Source: Octopus sinensis
Lineage: Eukaryota
DNA: 64,000 bases
Reading direction: 5' to 3'
Assembly (NCBI RefSeq): GCF_006345805.1
Contig: NC_042998.1
Location: 193,812,001-193,876,000, forward strand
A program made the position numbers and the translations under genes. The notes beneath the pieces are model-generated. The model was given only the letters and a program-made list of their open reading frames with translations. It did no database searches and was not told the origin of the DNA. Of the stretch, positions 28,401 through 42,103 are shown in pieces (within the stretch, counting starts at the first letter, position 1; each line of letters begins with the position of its first letter).

Positions 28401-29258
28401 CCAACTTCCTCTAATATATTATGGGTCTTTCTCTTATATTGATACCAGTGGCTCAATATAAGGTTGACCCTGAGCCACGAGTGAGGTTCTACATGATCTC
28501 TTGATCAACAATGGAACAGCAGTTAAGTCTCCTTCAAATTACAAGCTACCATTAAATACTATAGTCCTAGATACCCTTAAAAAGGCGATATGATCATGAT
28601 AGTAATGATTTTCATTACAAATTTATTCAGCCAGATAAACAATAACAAAGTTGGTCATTTTACTAAAAGCTCTCCAGTTTTAAACTTCACTAAGCATCCC
28701 AGTCTCTCCTACTGACCTCTACTTCAAAATGTTATCTATCCACAGAAAGAATCTAGCAGTCGGACTCAGGTAGGACTTTTCTATAATTTAAACGAAATAT
28801 ACGAATACAGGCATATTAAATACCATACAAGATAAATTCTTGATTGTTTTTAAAAATTATCTCTGCTTCTAAAGGATCTATCATAATTACCAAATGGCAA
28901 TTCTCAACTTGAGAAGGGGCGATAATCCCAAGATTTAAAAAGTTGAGAAGCTATTAAAAGGAAAGATGTGGACGCGTGTTTCTGGCTCACTAACCGTCAT
29001 CACCATCTGCTCCTTTTTGTATACATCCTTTGGCTATAGGAGTCAAGGTCTGTTTGAAATTGGATAAATTAGAATAAGGCAAACAATTTCAAATTGATTA
29101 TTTGAAATTCTGTGGTTCTGCCATTGAATAGAAGCAGTTACAAATGGCAACGCAGTTTTGAAAGTGAAATTATATGATTTCAGTACTGAAGACTAAATTC
29201 GAGGAACGTGAATTTACCTATAGTGGTAATCACTACTATTATTATATTTATGATTAAA

Positions 29259-29610
29259 GCGATGGGGTGGTAGAATCGTCAGCACTTTGTGACATTTCGT
29301 CCGTCATTACGTTCTGAGTTCAAATCCCGCCAACGTCGACTTGCCTTTCATCCTTTCGAGATTTATAAAATAAGTGTTGTATCACTCCCAAAAGGATGAA
29401 AGGCAAAGTAGGCCACTGCGGAATTTGAACTCACAACGTAAAGACAGACGAATTTTACCCAGTGCGCTAACGACTCTACCAGCTCACTGCCCTAAGCGGA
29501 CATTTCAGCAATTTAGGGAAAAGGGGTATGCCATTACATCGATCCCAGTACTCAACTGGTACTTCCTTTATCGACCCCGAAAGGTTGAAAGGCAAAGTCA
29601 ACTCGGCAGA
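29259..29610. mobile_element. Cluster of SINE-B fragments including a convergent (tail-to-tail) pair
   Basis: Plus copy 29259-29376, minus copy 29388-29495, and a further minus fragment at 29530-29610. Confidence 0.8.
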
Positions 29611-29673
29611 AAATTCGGATATTAATATTCAGGTATATATTGAATCAGCGTGTACGCACACAAACACACACAC

Positions 29674-29739
<66 letters not shown>

Positions 29740-29742
<3 letters not shown>

Positions 29743-30985
29743 TAAATGAAAGAATGGAGTCGAACGAAGATGTTAACAAAATTCCTTTACTCTCGACATG
29801 TGTTTCGAAGACAGCATGTTTTCATTCCAAAGGAATAAAGGGTGCATTATGCTATCTTCTCATCAGGAAAGAAAGGGAGCCTCTCTCGACAACAAGACAA
29901 ACAAACATTTCGATAATTGCCTACATGGTAAACAAAGCGATAATGAGTGTTTTTTTTAAAAACCGTTAGAAGAATTGACGTCAAAGATAGATAGTAGGAA
30001 GAGAAGGGATAAAGGAACAATAGGTAGGGAACAAGTAGAGAGGGAAGGGTACGTTGATTGAAAGAATGTTCGAAGGCTTAGGAAAAAATTTCTCTATAGA
30101 AGTGGGGTGGACGTAAAGCTAATTGTTCAAACCACAGTGACTATCGTTATCATTTATATGAGTAGAAAGTGTGTTTCTGCCAGTGTTTACATTTGTATGA
30201 TTTTTCTATGAGTGTGTTTACTAGGGGAACCTTAGAGAAAAGAATATGGAAGAGTTCAGAGTTACAAATGTTACAAAATCTCCTGCCCTTATCAAAAGGA
30301 AATGATACAGACAGTATGAACCAATCTAACTTGAAAATTATATTGTTGTCTTTAAGACGCCAAACTAATTTACTTAGCCCTGTACTATGTCGTTTTTTAC
30401 TATCCCTGAATGTTGAATAGTGGTTTGAAATTCTCTCGGATAACTGGGAAGTGGACGCTCCTATATAGAAGAAGACATCGGTACTGGACGAAATTCTACA
30501 CTGGTAAATAGAATTCTTAATCTTGGAATTACTAGACAAAAATTTAATTCTGTTGGGGTTGTCCTCCGAAATCGAAACGAAGTTTTTATTGTTATGATTG
30601 TTGTTACGATTATTATTAGCGCTAACAACTACACTTTCTATTATTATTAGTATTATTAATGGTACTACAACCAGTAATACCACCGACAATAATACCGTTA
30701 TTGTTGTTACCATCAACACTACCATTGTTATTAACACGACTAATACTATTATTAATATTATTATTATCATTGTTAACACTTTCGCTGCTACCAATGCTGT
30801 TACTATTAATACTATTCCTATTATTATGATTGTATGATGGGTTGGAATTAGCAAGATTAATGTTGGAACTCCCGGGTGAAGAATCTTTGTTTAGCAGCTT
30901 GGTATTGTGGGAAGATATAATTTGTGAAAGATTCCTAGTGTTAGAGAAAGCGATTCTGACCTTGTGGGAATTGATAATAGAATGA
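29740..30985 (-). mobile_element. Penelope-like retroelement, 3' part: RT-thumb/linker, GIY-YIG endonuclease and terminal repeat
   Basis: HSIINSHKVRIAFSNTRNLSQIISSHNTKLL, then an Asn-rich linker, then IYQCRI...YIGAST..LSERISNHYSTF...TGLSKLVWRLK...LDWFIL...CNICNSE...VN....KCKH. Ends in (TA)n and carries a hammerhead in the 3' repeat. Confidence 0.92.
29790..29871 (-). ncRNA. Type I hammerhead ribozyme
   Basis: Minus strand: CTTTC-CTGATGA-GAAGATAGCAT-(31 nt)-ATGCTGTCTTC-GAAAC-ACAT-GTC-GAGAG. All core nucleotides are present, helices I, II and III pair, and the cleavage triplet is GUC. Confidence 0.85.
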
Positions 30986-31553
30986 TATCTAGTACAAAGG
31001 TCGATGTAATCGACTAAGCTCCTCCCTATAAAATTACTGGCTTTGTGCCAAAATTTAAAGCTATTTATTTGCTATTATAATCATGTTTATCAGTTTTTTG
31101 GAAGGCTAATTCTAATTGTAAGACTGCTATTTTAATATCCGGGTGTTTATGAAAGAGATGATAGGTGTCAATGTAAATAGTAGGTGCGATTTAGATTATA
31201 ATTATGTGGACTGATTATGTAGTGAAAACGTTTTGGAGTGAGAGGAATATTTTAACATGAGCGATGAACATAATGTAGTTATAAGCGTTATATAAACAAT
31301 CGTAATTTGGTGTACTAATTGGGCTTAAGTTGAAATTAGAATGTGGAAAGAATTGAGTGTCAGAAAAAACGTAAATTTGGCAATATAGGCAAGTATTATT
31401 AATGTCTAAATAGTTGGATACAATTAAAACACATTATTAAGGTATATTATGATTGGAAAGGTCTGTATAATTATAACTAGTAAGAAAGGTGAAACAGAAT
31501 AAAACGATGGAGAAAATATTTAAAAATATATAAATATTTAAAAATATATAAAT

Positions 31554-31614
31554 GGCGGTGCCCCAGCATGGCCACAGCTCGTGAGCTGAAACTAGAGTCA
31601 ATCAATCAATCAAT
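31554..31614 (+). mobile_element. Extremely 5'-truncated CR1-type tail stub with a (TCAA)n end
   Basis: GGCGGTGCCCCAGCATGGCCACAGCTCGTGAGCTGAAACT matches 2801-2840; a second stub lies at 32046-32100. Confidence 0.8.
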
Positions 31615-32890
31615 GAATAACTGAAAAATACATGATGCGGAAACATTAATGAAAGCATATTTGAGTTTTAGGAACTGTGAAAACAAAAATAAACTTTCGT
31701 CAAAGAAATATAAAACTAAATAATATATAATAAATTTTTAAAGAATAATTATATAATGATTCAGTGAATGGTAAATTTACTCTTCCTGCAAGCAAGCCTT
31801 TATACTGCATACACGTAAGTCTATTTTCAGGACCTTTCTGTGTTTTCTAATTATTCCTTTTAATTAAAATTTTTGCTTATCAATTTGAGATTATCATCAC
31901 TTATAATTTTTTTACTAACCTATTCAATTTCACATTGAGAGAGAGATGTTGCAACCATCTCTACATTAGACATCTGATGTCCACCAGTTCTTCACTTGGT
32001 TCATTCCATTTTTGCTTGTATTCAATTTCTAAATTACCTCTAAATGGCGGTGCATCAGCATGGCCGCAGCTCTGAGCTGAAACTAATGATAATAAAAAAA
32101 ATGTTTAGTTTTCTACATATCAATGCTTATCTTCACGTATTTTTATATTTATCATTCAGTACACCCTCAAAATGCGATGGGAAACTCTAAATCTATAATG
32201 ACTAACAAACGTTGATTATTATAATTACATATTTAATTTCCTTAATAGTTTGCGCGATTATCTTTTCTAACATTAAACTATTTTCTAAACATTTTCTCAT
32301 TAGTGTTTATTTTTAGTATTTTTTAATTAAGTTACACACACAATCTTTCTAACAATTCCTACGGAAGACATAATTGTGCGCATTTTTGCGTATTTCCTGT
32401 TATGAATTTATCTCTAATCTTTCCCATCCTTCTAATGTATGAGTGCATGTGTGAGTACGTGATTGTGTACGTGCATGCATGCATGCGTACGTGTGTGTAT
32501 GTGTGTGTGTATTTTAGGTTCTTTAACAGTACTTTCAAAATCTTAGTGATAAAATAGTTGTACCTGTAACAGTACAGTGCAAGAGTATAAACCGCACAGT
32601 CATTGGTTAAAATAGTGTTCGTAAGCTTCAGCCTATCGGAGGGTATTTAAAGGTATTTAAAAGTATTTCAAGGAAACACGAAGTCATTCCACAACTGTTA
32701 TCAAGTGTGAAGCACATTAACAGATTGTGAATGCTACTACATAAAAATTTACCTGAAAGTTATAAACATTGTAAAATATAGAAATGTAAAATTGTAAAAT
32801 TTCAAAATTAGAATGTGAAAATCGAAGTATGTTGGAATTTCATTGACTAATATATGAATATAAATGTGAGAGCATATGTGTATGCGTGTG

Positions 32891-33412
<522 letters not shown>

Positions 33413-33417
33413 ATATA

Positions 33418-33470
<53 letters not shown>

Positions 33471-33471
<1 letters not shown>

Positions 33472-34150
33472 GAGGGAGTACCCAAAAGTAATCGGAATTT
33501 TGCAATATTGTCTTATTTACTTAGTTTTACATGTTTACACTTTTATCGCCTTCAAAGTATTCGCCATTTGAAGTACGGCATCGGTCCAGACCCGTTTCCC
33601 GCTGTTTGAAGCAGTGCTGGAACTCTTCCGTAGTGACGCCTTTTTATGCCTCCGTCGTTTTTTTCTTCACCTCTTCCACAACTGCAAACTCCGTAACACC
33701 AGCTTTCGTCACCAGTGATGACCTTCGAAAAAACGTCCGGATCAACTTCCAACTGTTCTTTCAGTTCACGACACGCATTCAGTCATGACTGCTTTTGATC
33801 TTCCGTGAGCAAGCAAGGCACAAATTTCGCTGTAACTCTTTTCATTTGCAATTCCTCGCTCAAAATTCGTTGGCAGCAGCTTGAGGGTACACCAGTCATA
33901 TCAACAAGTTCGTCAGTTGTTCAGTAACGGTCCTCGAAGATCAGTTCATGAATTTTCAAGATGTTTTCATTCGTTCCGGGGATCGACGGTCGCCCTGAAC
34001 GAAGTTGGTCCTCAAGTGACAAGTGATCATTTCTAAAGCGGGGAAAACCACTCGTGAACTTGTACCCATAAACAGTGTTCCGGTTAGTTTATGTGTGCTA
34101 ACAATGTTGCAGCTGTGGCTCAGATTTTCCAGACGACAACAAAATAAATG
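33471..34150 (-). mobile_element. Internally deleted mariner element
   Basis: TA-CGAGGGAGTACCCAAAAGT terminal repeat and DPDVFSKVITGDESWCYG motif; same derivative as 54499-55409. Confidence 0.88.
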
Positions 34151-35968
34151 ATGTATTGAGTTGTACCAGAAGTCACAATTCGATGTTCCATACATTATTT
34201 TCGTTGTACATGTTGTTTTCGTTGCTTTTGTGATAGACCCCTTTGGCAGATTCTACGGAACAACCTACATACTCCTTTTGGACTACATTTCACCGTTTTG
34301 CGTAGATATCGCAATAAGTTGGAGAAAATAATTTTATTGTAATTTGTTCCCTTGTTTTTCATAATTAGTAATTATTTTAGTGGTTAAAGAATACAGTTTC
34401 CTTTATTATGTTACATAAACCAAACGTGGCTAAACATCACAACCAAAATATTTTAAATCAAGTAATGCAGAACTGCGAATGACTTTTTCAAGTCTCATTG
34501 ATCAGTTTTGATTAAGATCAATTCAAAGATTCAAAATGATATTAATAAAGATAACAATGAAACGTTGACAGGATTGTTTTTTACACAATAGATAAAAAAT
34601 ATTCGAATACATTTGTTTTTATGCAAAGCTACTGTAGTTCTCATCTTAATCAATGATGATATATATGCAAACGAAGAAAGGAATACGTCTCTGCTTCAAT
34701 TTTATCCGAACTTCCATTTACATCTGCTCATATTTTTACACTTTACCATAAAAAATAACAATTTTTCCGTTATTCTGATAATTTGCGATCCATCTTTTCT
34801 CACTTACTTGTCAACTAAATCAACTCAATTACTTTTATATATTTCTTGTGAAATCAACGTATCTGAAACTGTAGAGATAGTTTTCTCTGATAATCAAAAA
34901 CCGAGGATCAATATTGTGTTATAAGATAAGAGGTTTGTGTAGATAAATGTAGAAATAGTTTTATATAATTCTGAACGGAAAAGAAATCAAATGAAATTTT
35001 ATATAAAATGGTAAAAAAAAAAAAGAATATTATTAGTTGAGCACAAAGAAAAAAGAATTATTTGTTGGATTTTAAAAAATTCCATTCGTTTATACATTTC
35101 TTATTCAATTAGTTTTGACAGTTTACTTATTCAATTAGTTTTGACAGATTAATTTCTTCTAATTATTTATATTTTTATGTTTTATCTAATTGATAGCGGT
35201 TTCTTAATTCCATATAAATTTATTTCAACTCTTTCCAAACACATGTACATATGTATGTCGAAATCTATAGACACATAGACATTCTGAAGTTTCAGGAGTA
35301 TAGCTGTTTGAAGTTGGTCGACGACACAAAATATTTTTTGATTAAAAATCTTTCTAAACTATGGTTGTTAGAAACAAACCTATTTCTGAATTGTAAAATA
35401 TACTGCTTTTAAAGTCAGCATTCAGTTTTAGCTTCGCCGTGAAAACTAAACACAGGGGTTATACTCCATGCCTTAAACCGAGAACCGAAAACCTAAGATC
35501 GATCTTGTTAGTTTCTAGTCTTCTTAAAATATTCATCATCGTTCAGTAAAGAAATATCTAATTTCGATGGAGACATTAGAATCTTATAGATATTTATAGT
35601 ACTTATAAACCAAACTCAGATCAATGTCTAATTTATATAGCAGTGCATAAGCTGACAACGAGGGTTAATTCATTCATTCGCAGTGTACTACATAGCGTTT
35701 TTAATCACTTGAAGTATAAGATATTCTTTTTTTAATAAGCATACAAATTTGGCCTTGAAATGAAAAGAAAAGAAAGTGGTTATACCGTAGAGTTTTATTA
35801 CTCCGTTGGTAGAAAAAATTACAAATGTCTACTGAAAAGATTTCCTTGGGTAAGACTGACCGTGTATATGCACCTGGAAAGTCTTTCTCCATGGTATAAG
35901 CTGGCGTGAAGATTGGGTGTTTCTTTTCATCATTCGACAGCAGTTAACATGTTTCAAGTCTCTTCATT

Positions 35969-36281
35969 GTGGAGGCACATGGCCAAGTGGTTAGAGCAGC
36001 GGACTTGCAGTCGAGGGATCGCGGGTTCGAATCTCAGACCGGGTGATGTGTGAGTGCTTATGAGCGAAAACACCTAAGCTCCACGCGGCTCCGGCAGAAG
36101 GCAATGGCGAACTTCTGCTGACTCTTTCGCCACAACTTTCTCTCACTCTTTCCTCCTGCATCTTGCAGCTCACCTGCGACGGACCGGCGTCCCGTCCAGG
36201 TGGAGAACCTATACACCAAGGAAACCGGGAAACCGGGAAACCGGCCCTTATGAGCCAGGCATGGCTCGAGAAGGAACAAAA
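35969..36281 (+). mobile_element. SINE group C (tail type 1)
   Basis: Matches 42359-42660; GGAAACCG duplicated in the tail. Confidence 0.92.
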
Positions 36282-37606
36282 AAAGTCTCTTCATTCCACA
36301 CCACCAATGAGAAAGACAATGAATGACAGAGCTTGGCATCAGTGTCGTTGGATGTGAAATCAGAATTTAAAAGGGTGGAAACAAATATCACAGCAGATCA
36401 AAGTTGTTCTGGTATTTCATTCCGTCTTATTTTAGCAGAATCAATATAGGACGCCAAACAAAACATCTTGTGGTATTTGATCGTTAAAATAAGCATCGGT
36501 CGATGTAGTCGATTAAACCCTATAAGAAGGTTTGCACCGACATAGCCGCAGTCCAAGGCCTGGTACCTGTAAAAAGAACAAAGAATAATGTATCTTAGTG
36601 AACATTATCTGATTCTGATTTGATACATTTGTAAAGCGTATCCTCGTTTAAGTTCAAGTAGTAATCCAACCAGCCAGTCACTCGTTCACATCCGTTTTAA
36701 AACGATATAATTTTAGATTGATATTTTGTTAGCAAGTGTGGTGACCATATATATGTTCTTTTCGTGGTTTGTTAATATACTTTTATTTCAGTTTCTGTGA
36801 AACTATTTATGATGAATGATGCCAGTTAATGATGGCAGAAGCAGCTGTGACAATTGTGTTGATTATGTAACAACTTGTGTTGATGATGTAAAATTAAAAT
36901 AACAAGAGATCTTTATCTCTGAGTTTCTATTTTAATATAACACCGAAGTGGATGGAGTAAAGAAAGTTATTGTTTCACAACAGGCAATAACTACCTCTGA
37001 CGTATTCCTAAGAAAGGTCTCTAATATTATACTATAATCTTCGTTATAGCGTTATCTAGTCAATGCGTTTTGTGAGCCAATAGTTGGCTTCTGAAACACA
37101 GGCTCTATTAGATTACACTATGTTAATAATACAGATGAACGACTCTTTGTGTGTGTGTGTACGTGTGTGTGTAACTTATTAACCTATGAATGCAGATTTA
37201 TATGTGTACATGTACTTGTATGCATAGGTGTATGCGTCTATAAGCGCGTAATCTGTGCCAGTTTGTGTGTGCGTTTTCAAGTGTAACCACGTTACCTATA
37301 TGTGCAGGTTTATATGAGTATATGAACATGCAGACGTGTATGCATACGTCATTACATAATATGCACCGCAATATATGTAAGATAGAGGGATGGAAGAGAG
37401 AAAGAGAGTTAGGGAGAGACCAAGTGAGTGATAAAGTAGAAACTTCAGATGCAAGAAACCATAAAATACATGAAAATTGAGATTCTGGAGCGGAAGAGAA
37501 AGATGTTATATTTATGGCTAGAAGTTATATCTCACATAAGACCATATATTTTCAAACAAGAACATAGTCGATTCCATCAAACCAAGTATATGACTGGTAC
37601 TTATAT

Positions 37607-38008
37607 TACTCTTACTCTTTTACTCTTTTACTTGTTTCAGTCATTTGACTGTGGCCATGCTGGAGCACCGCCTATAGTCGAGCAAATCGACCCCAGGACT
37701 TATTCTTTGCAAGCCTAGTACTTATTCTATCGGTGTCTTTTGCTGAACCGCTATGTTACGGGGATGTAAGCACACCAGCGTCGGTTGGGGGGACAAACAC
37801 AGACACAGAAACACACACATATATATATATACATAGACATATATACGACGGGCTTCTTTCAGTTTCCGTCTACCAAATCCACTCACAAGGTTTTGGTCGG
37901 CCCGAAGCTATAGTAGAAGACACTTGCCCAAGGTGCCACGCAGTGGGACTGAACCCGGAACCATGTGGTTAGTAAGCAAGCTACTTACCACAAAGCCACT
38001 CCTGAGCC
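37607..38008 (-). mobile_element. SINE group A, near full length
   Basis: Matches 18663-19086. Confidence 0.92.
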
Positions 38009-38289
38009 TATATTGTTCAAATTATACGTGGGAAAGCATCAAAAACAAGGCTATGCGGTTATGAAGTTTGATTCACAACTCTGTGACTGCGAGTTCGATC
38101 CCACGGCGTCTACTTGGCTTCGATTTGAAAAACACGAGTGAAAAATTTAGTCAACGGAAACTGAGTGGAAGCCTGTATTTTAGGTATGTGTGTGTATGTG
38201 TACTCCATAGGGAATGCCCTGAAAAACTCAACGAAGTGACAGTAAGTGAGTGCAAAAACCAACAATACCTTTGAAATATATTTGGACTA

Positions 38290-38897
38290 ATTTGTGAAAC
38301 AAGGCCGGCAATTTTGAGGGGGGGGGAGTTTGTTGATTACAACCATCCCAAAACTTGACTAATATTTATTTTATCAAAAGGATGAAAAGTAAACTCGACG
38401 TCGATGGAATTTGAACTCAGGACGTAAAAAAAAATCGGAAAAAATACTGCCAAGCATTCTGCCCAATGTGCTAATGTTTCTCATTTCTTTACTGCCCACA
38501 AGGGGCTAAACATAGAGGGGTACACACAAGGACAGACAAAGGGATTAAGTCGATTACATCGACCCCAGTGCGTAAGTAGTACTTATTTAATAGACCCCGA
38601 AAGGATGAAAAGCAAAGTCGACCTCGGCGGAATTTGAACTCAGAACGTAACGACAGACGAAATACCTATTTCTTTATTACCCACAAGGGGCTAAACACAG
38701 AGAGGACAAACAAGGACAGACATAAGTATTAAGTCGATTACATCGACCCCAGTGCGTAACTGGTACTTAATTAATCGACCCCGAAAGGATGAAAGGCAAA
38801 GTCGACCTCGGCGGAATTTGAACTCAGAACGTAACGACAGACGAAATACCGCTAAGAATTTCGCCCGGCGTGCTAACGTTTCTGCCAGCTCAACTCC
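38290..38897 (-). mobile_element. SINE-B dimer (38483-38897) joined to an older SINE-B tail-type-2 copy (38290-38482)
   Basis: Junction AAGAAATA|GGTATTTCG near 38668; the older copy lacks its first bases. Confidence 0.88.
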
Positions 38898-39382
38898 TTC
38901 CCAATGATGATAGTCGATTCTATTCAGTTGGATTTTCTATTCCTTTGGTCCATGAAGCGTTTATGTTCACTGCTGCTGCTGCTATTGAATATTCCATTTA
39001 GCGGCTAACACGGAGCAAGAAAGAAATCTAATTAAATCTTGACAAATTTGCAAGTGAAACAAGGACGAATGTATTGCTAGCGAAAACAAGACGTCTGTGA
39101 ATACCTCCGAGCGCATCAGCTGGAAACAAGGACATTGGGGACTACTGATTATAGTGGCCGTACAACTTGGATATCTTGCACGACAATACTTTCCAGTTCA
39201 CTGCTCCAATGCTACTGAGTTTAACTTCACTTTTTTATTTCCTACATAGTTAATTAAATAGAAAATAATATGGTAAATATTTAAATTTGTTTCTTAAAAT
39301 TTATATCACAATCATGAAGATTTACCAGAGTAAGATCAAATCAATATATGGCATGAAGTAAAGGTTTTCTACTAAAGGCTCG

Positions 39383-39843
39383 GGATCTTTTCTGTTTGAA
39401 CGGCAGTTTTTTCTAGCGGTATCATATGAAATTGTCACCCATAATTATGACCCTAGTATTGATCAATTGCATTTCAATCTATTTTAGATTTAGGGTTAGA
39501 GTTAGGGTGGGTTAGGGTTAGTTAGGGTTAGGGTTAGGGTTAGGGCTAGGGGGAAAGGTATTTTTTTTTCTTCACAAATGTAAATAAACCCAATCTACTT
39601 TTTAAACGAGGAACATATTCGTACGGCACAGAATGCTTTCTAACTCAATAGATGCCACTGATTGGTTGAAATTGCAGAAATTGAAGAATAAAAACAACAA
39701 ATATCTTACAAACTATGGAATTTTCTCAAGAAAGCCAAGAGAAAAAGATGTTTTATAAACACATTCTACCAGTATACGAAGTTTAAAATTTTTTAGTTAC
39801 CTAGAAATTATGTTAAAAACTACCGTTCAAACCTGAAAGATCC
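39383..39843. mobile_element. MITE-like DNA element with GG-initiated TIRs, an 8-bp TSD and an internal (TTAGGG)n tract
   Basis: TSD AAGGCTCG at 39375-39382 and 39844-39851; TIR GGATCTTT....TTTGAACGG.AGTTTTT; telomere-type repeats at 39490-39553. Confidence 0.88.
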
Positions 39844-39983
39844 AAGGCTCGAGTATCGTTTATGGTCCAATTTGTTGTCGAACAACTTCGGATACTTTAG
39901 TTGATATTAAGTTAGCTTTAATTTTCGTTGTTTGCTTAACATTGAATGTCAGTTGCTTCTGTTTCTGAAGAAAACATAGATAA

Positions 39984-40547
39984 AAGGCGGCAAGCTGGCA
40001 GAAACGTTAGCACGCCGGGCGAAATGTGTAGCCGTATTTCGTCTGCCGTTACGTTCTGAGTTCAAATTCCGCCGAGGTCGACTTTGCCTTTCATCCTTTC
40101 GATATAATCGACTTAATCCGTTTGTCTGTCCTTGTTTGTCCTCTCTGTGTTTAACCCCTTTTTGGGTAGTAAAGAAATAGGTATTTCGTCTGCCGCTACG
40201 TTCTGAGTTCAAATTCCGCCGAGGTCGACTTTGCCTTTCATCCTTCCGGAGTCGATTAAATAAGTACCAGTTACGCACTGGGGTCGATATAATCGACTTA
40301 ATCCGTTTCTCTGTCCTTTTTTGTCCTCTCTTTGTTTAGCCCCTTATGGGTAGTAAAGAAATAGGTATTTCGTCTGCCGCTACGTTCTGAGTTCAAATTC
40401 CGCCGAGGTCGACTTTGCCTTTCATCCTTTCGGGGTCGATAAATTAAGTACCAGTTACGCACTGGGGTCGATATAATCGACTTAATCCGTTTGTCTGTCC
40501 TTGTTTGTCCTCTCTGTGTTTAGCCCCTTGTGGGTAGTAAAGAAATA
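39984..40547 (+). mobile_element. SINE group B trimer (184-bp period)
   Basis: Units start at 39984, 40180 and 40364; TSD AGAAAA(C/G)ATAGATAA on both flanks. The first unit has a deletion between its two GGGGTCGAT repeats. Confidence 0.95.
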
Positions 40548-41449
40548 AGAAAAGATAGATAACCCTGTTACACTGCTGCCGGCATAAAAGAAAGAGGCGA
40601 TAAATGGTGGGTGATTGTTGTTTAGCTACAGATCATTTTTGACCAATAAATGTTTTGTATATCATTTTTTGTATAAATGATTGAGGGGTCTTCCAAAATA
40701 TTTTGCAGAAGAAATGACGAGAAAGCCACTACCCGGGAAAATTCTACAAAGTGGTGGTAAGCGAATGCGAAAAAACCAACACTACCTTAAATATGTTTGG
40801 ACTTAAAGCAGAAACAGGAAATCTGACCACATTAACCATGGTATCCTTTCTTTCTATAAAACCATAGGTTTTCATTTGAAGGATTTCTAGTATTTTTATC
40901 GACTGTACGTGTAGGCTCCGATAGAAAACAGTTGTGGCTGTGAGAGAAAAATGGCGGATTGTAGAGCGGTGATTGAATCGGTAGAACGTTTGACAAAATT
41001 TCTTTTATTATTTAGTTAATTTCCTTTACGTTTTACGCCTTTAGTTCAAACCCCACCACGATTAATTTTGCCTCTCATCTTTCTTAGATTTATAAAATAA
41101 GTACTAGCTGTTGTTGATCCTCCAGCTCAAGCATGATCGGAGAGACATATGAGAAAGTTATTCAGATAGTAGGGGATGAAAGTGGTTTGTGATTGATTAG
41201 GAATCGTTACCTTCATTAACTTAATTATTTAGATTTAGACGTAAAATATTAACATTCTCCTCTGTGATTAATTTACTTAAGTAGACGAACCCTTAACAGT
41301 TTTATAGTATTTTTTTTTCATTTTCAAACTTATATAATAAGACAAGTATAAAACCCTAGGATAGGCATTGCTAGTAATTTGATGACTTCCTTGTAGAAAA
41401 GATTTAACAAAAATTTGTGAATATTTAATAATACCAAGTAAAATCACCT

Positions 41450-42030
41450 TAATGTATAGAAAACATTTGAAGGAATATGATGAGGCAGAGCATTTGCTTC
41501 TCTCAAAGGAAATATCTGAGACATAAAATCCATAGTACTAACGTTCATAACGTGCAGCAAATAGCTTGAGTGACTTCTCGGATTTAATCTACTTAATGTT
41601 ACACAATCAGTTAAATCTGGAGATTCCACCTGACGATTTAACATATACAGCATCGCCAAAACTTGATGTCAAAGACTTTAATGTATCTTAGGAACAGAAA
41701 ATTCTTCAATTCTGATCCTTTGCATTCTGAGTCACTACAACGCTCAAGTCTGGACTCTATATTACAGTACTACTTTCATATCTGAGACAGAACTACTGCT
41801 AGACAGACATACAGCTTAATCTGCATACTCGACAAGACTGATGCTACAGATTCCCTTACAAGTATACTGCGGCATCTAACCCACACATCTTCCCTCTCAT
41901 TCTATCGCTACTGCAACAACAAAAATTATCTCTGTAATATTCCTGTTTTGCTCACTGTGACAAAATATCTCTCTTAAAGTCATCTCTCGGCAACTGAGTT
42001 AACTTGGTCAACCTAGTTATAGACACACAC
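41450..42030 (+). mobile_element. Decayed CR1/Jockey-group LINE 3' fragment
   Basis: YLRNRKFFNSDPL...SILQYYFHI* and SFYRYCN resemble LFRxRxFF..QL..LY...IR..LEYCSHIW and LFYRY motifs. Confidence 0.45.
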
Positions 42031-42103
42031 CATCTTCTCTCTCTCACTTTCTCTTTCTCTCTTTCTCTCTCTCTCTCTTTCTCTTTCTCTCTCTCACTCT
42101 CTA

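Noticed and set aside
35700-35900. Possible second mariner C-terminal remnant (FYQRSNKTL)
   Set aside because: The similarity is limited to a few residues.
35969-36045. tRNA gene calls at SINE heads (also 42104, 42359, 46121, 19239)
   Set aside because: A and B boxes are present but the anticodon and acceptor stems do not close, and each continues into a repeated SINE body.
39490-39553. True telomere or chromosome fusion site
   Set aside because: Short, degenerate and inside a TSD-flanked element.
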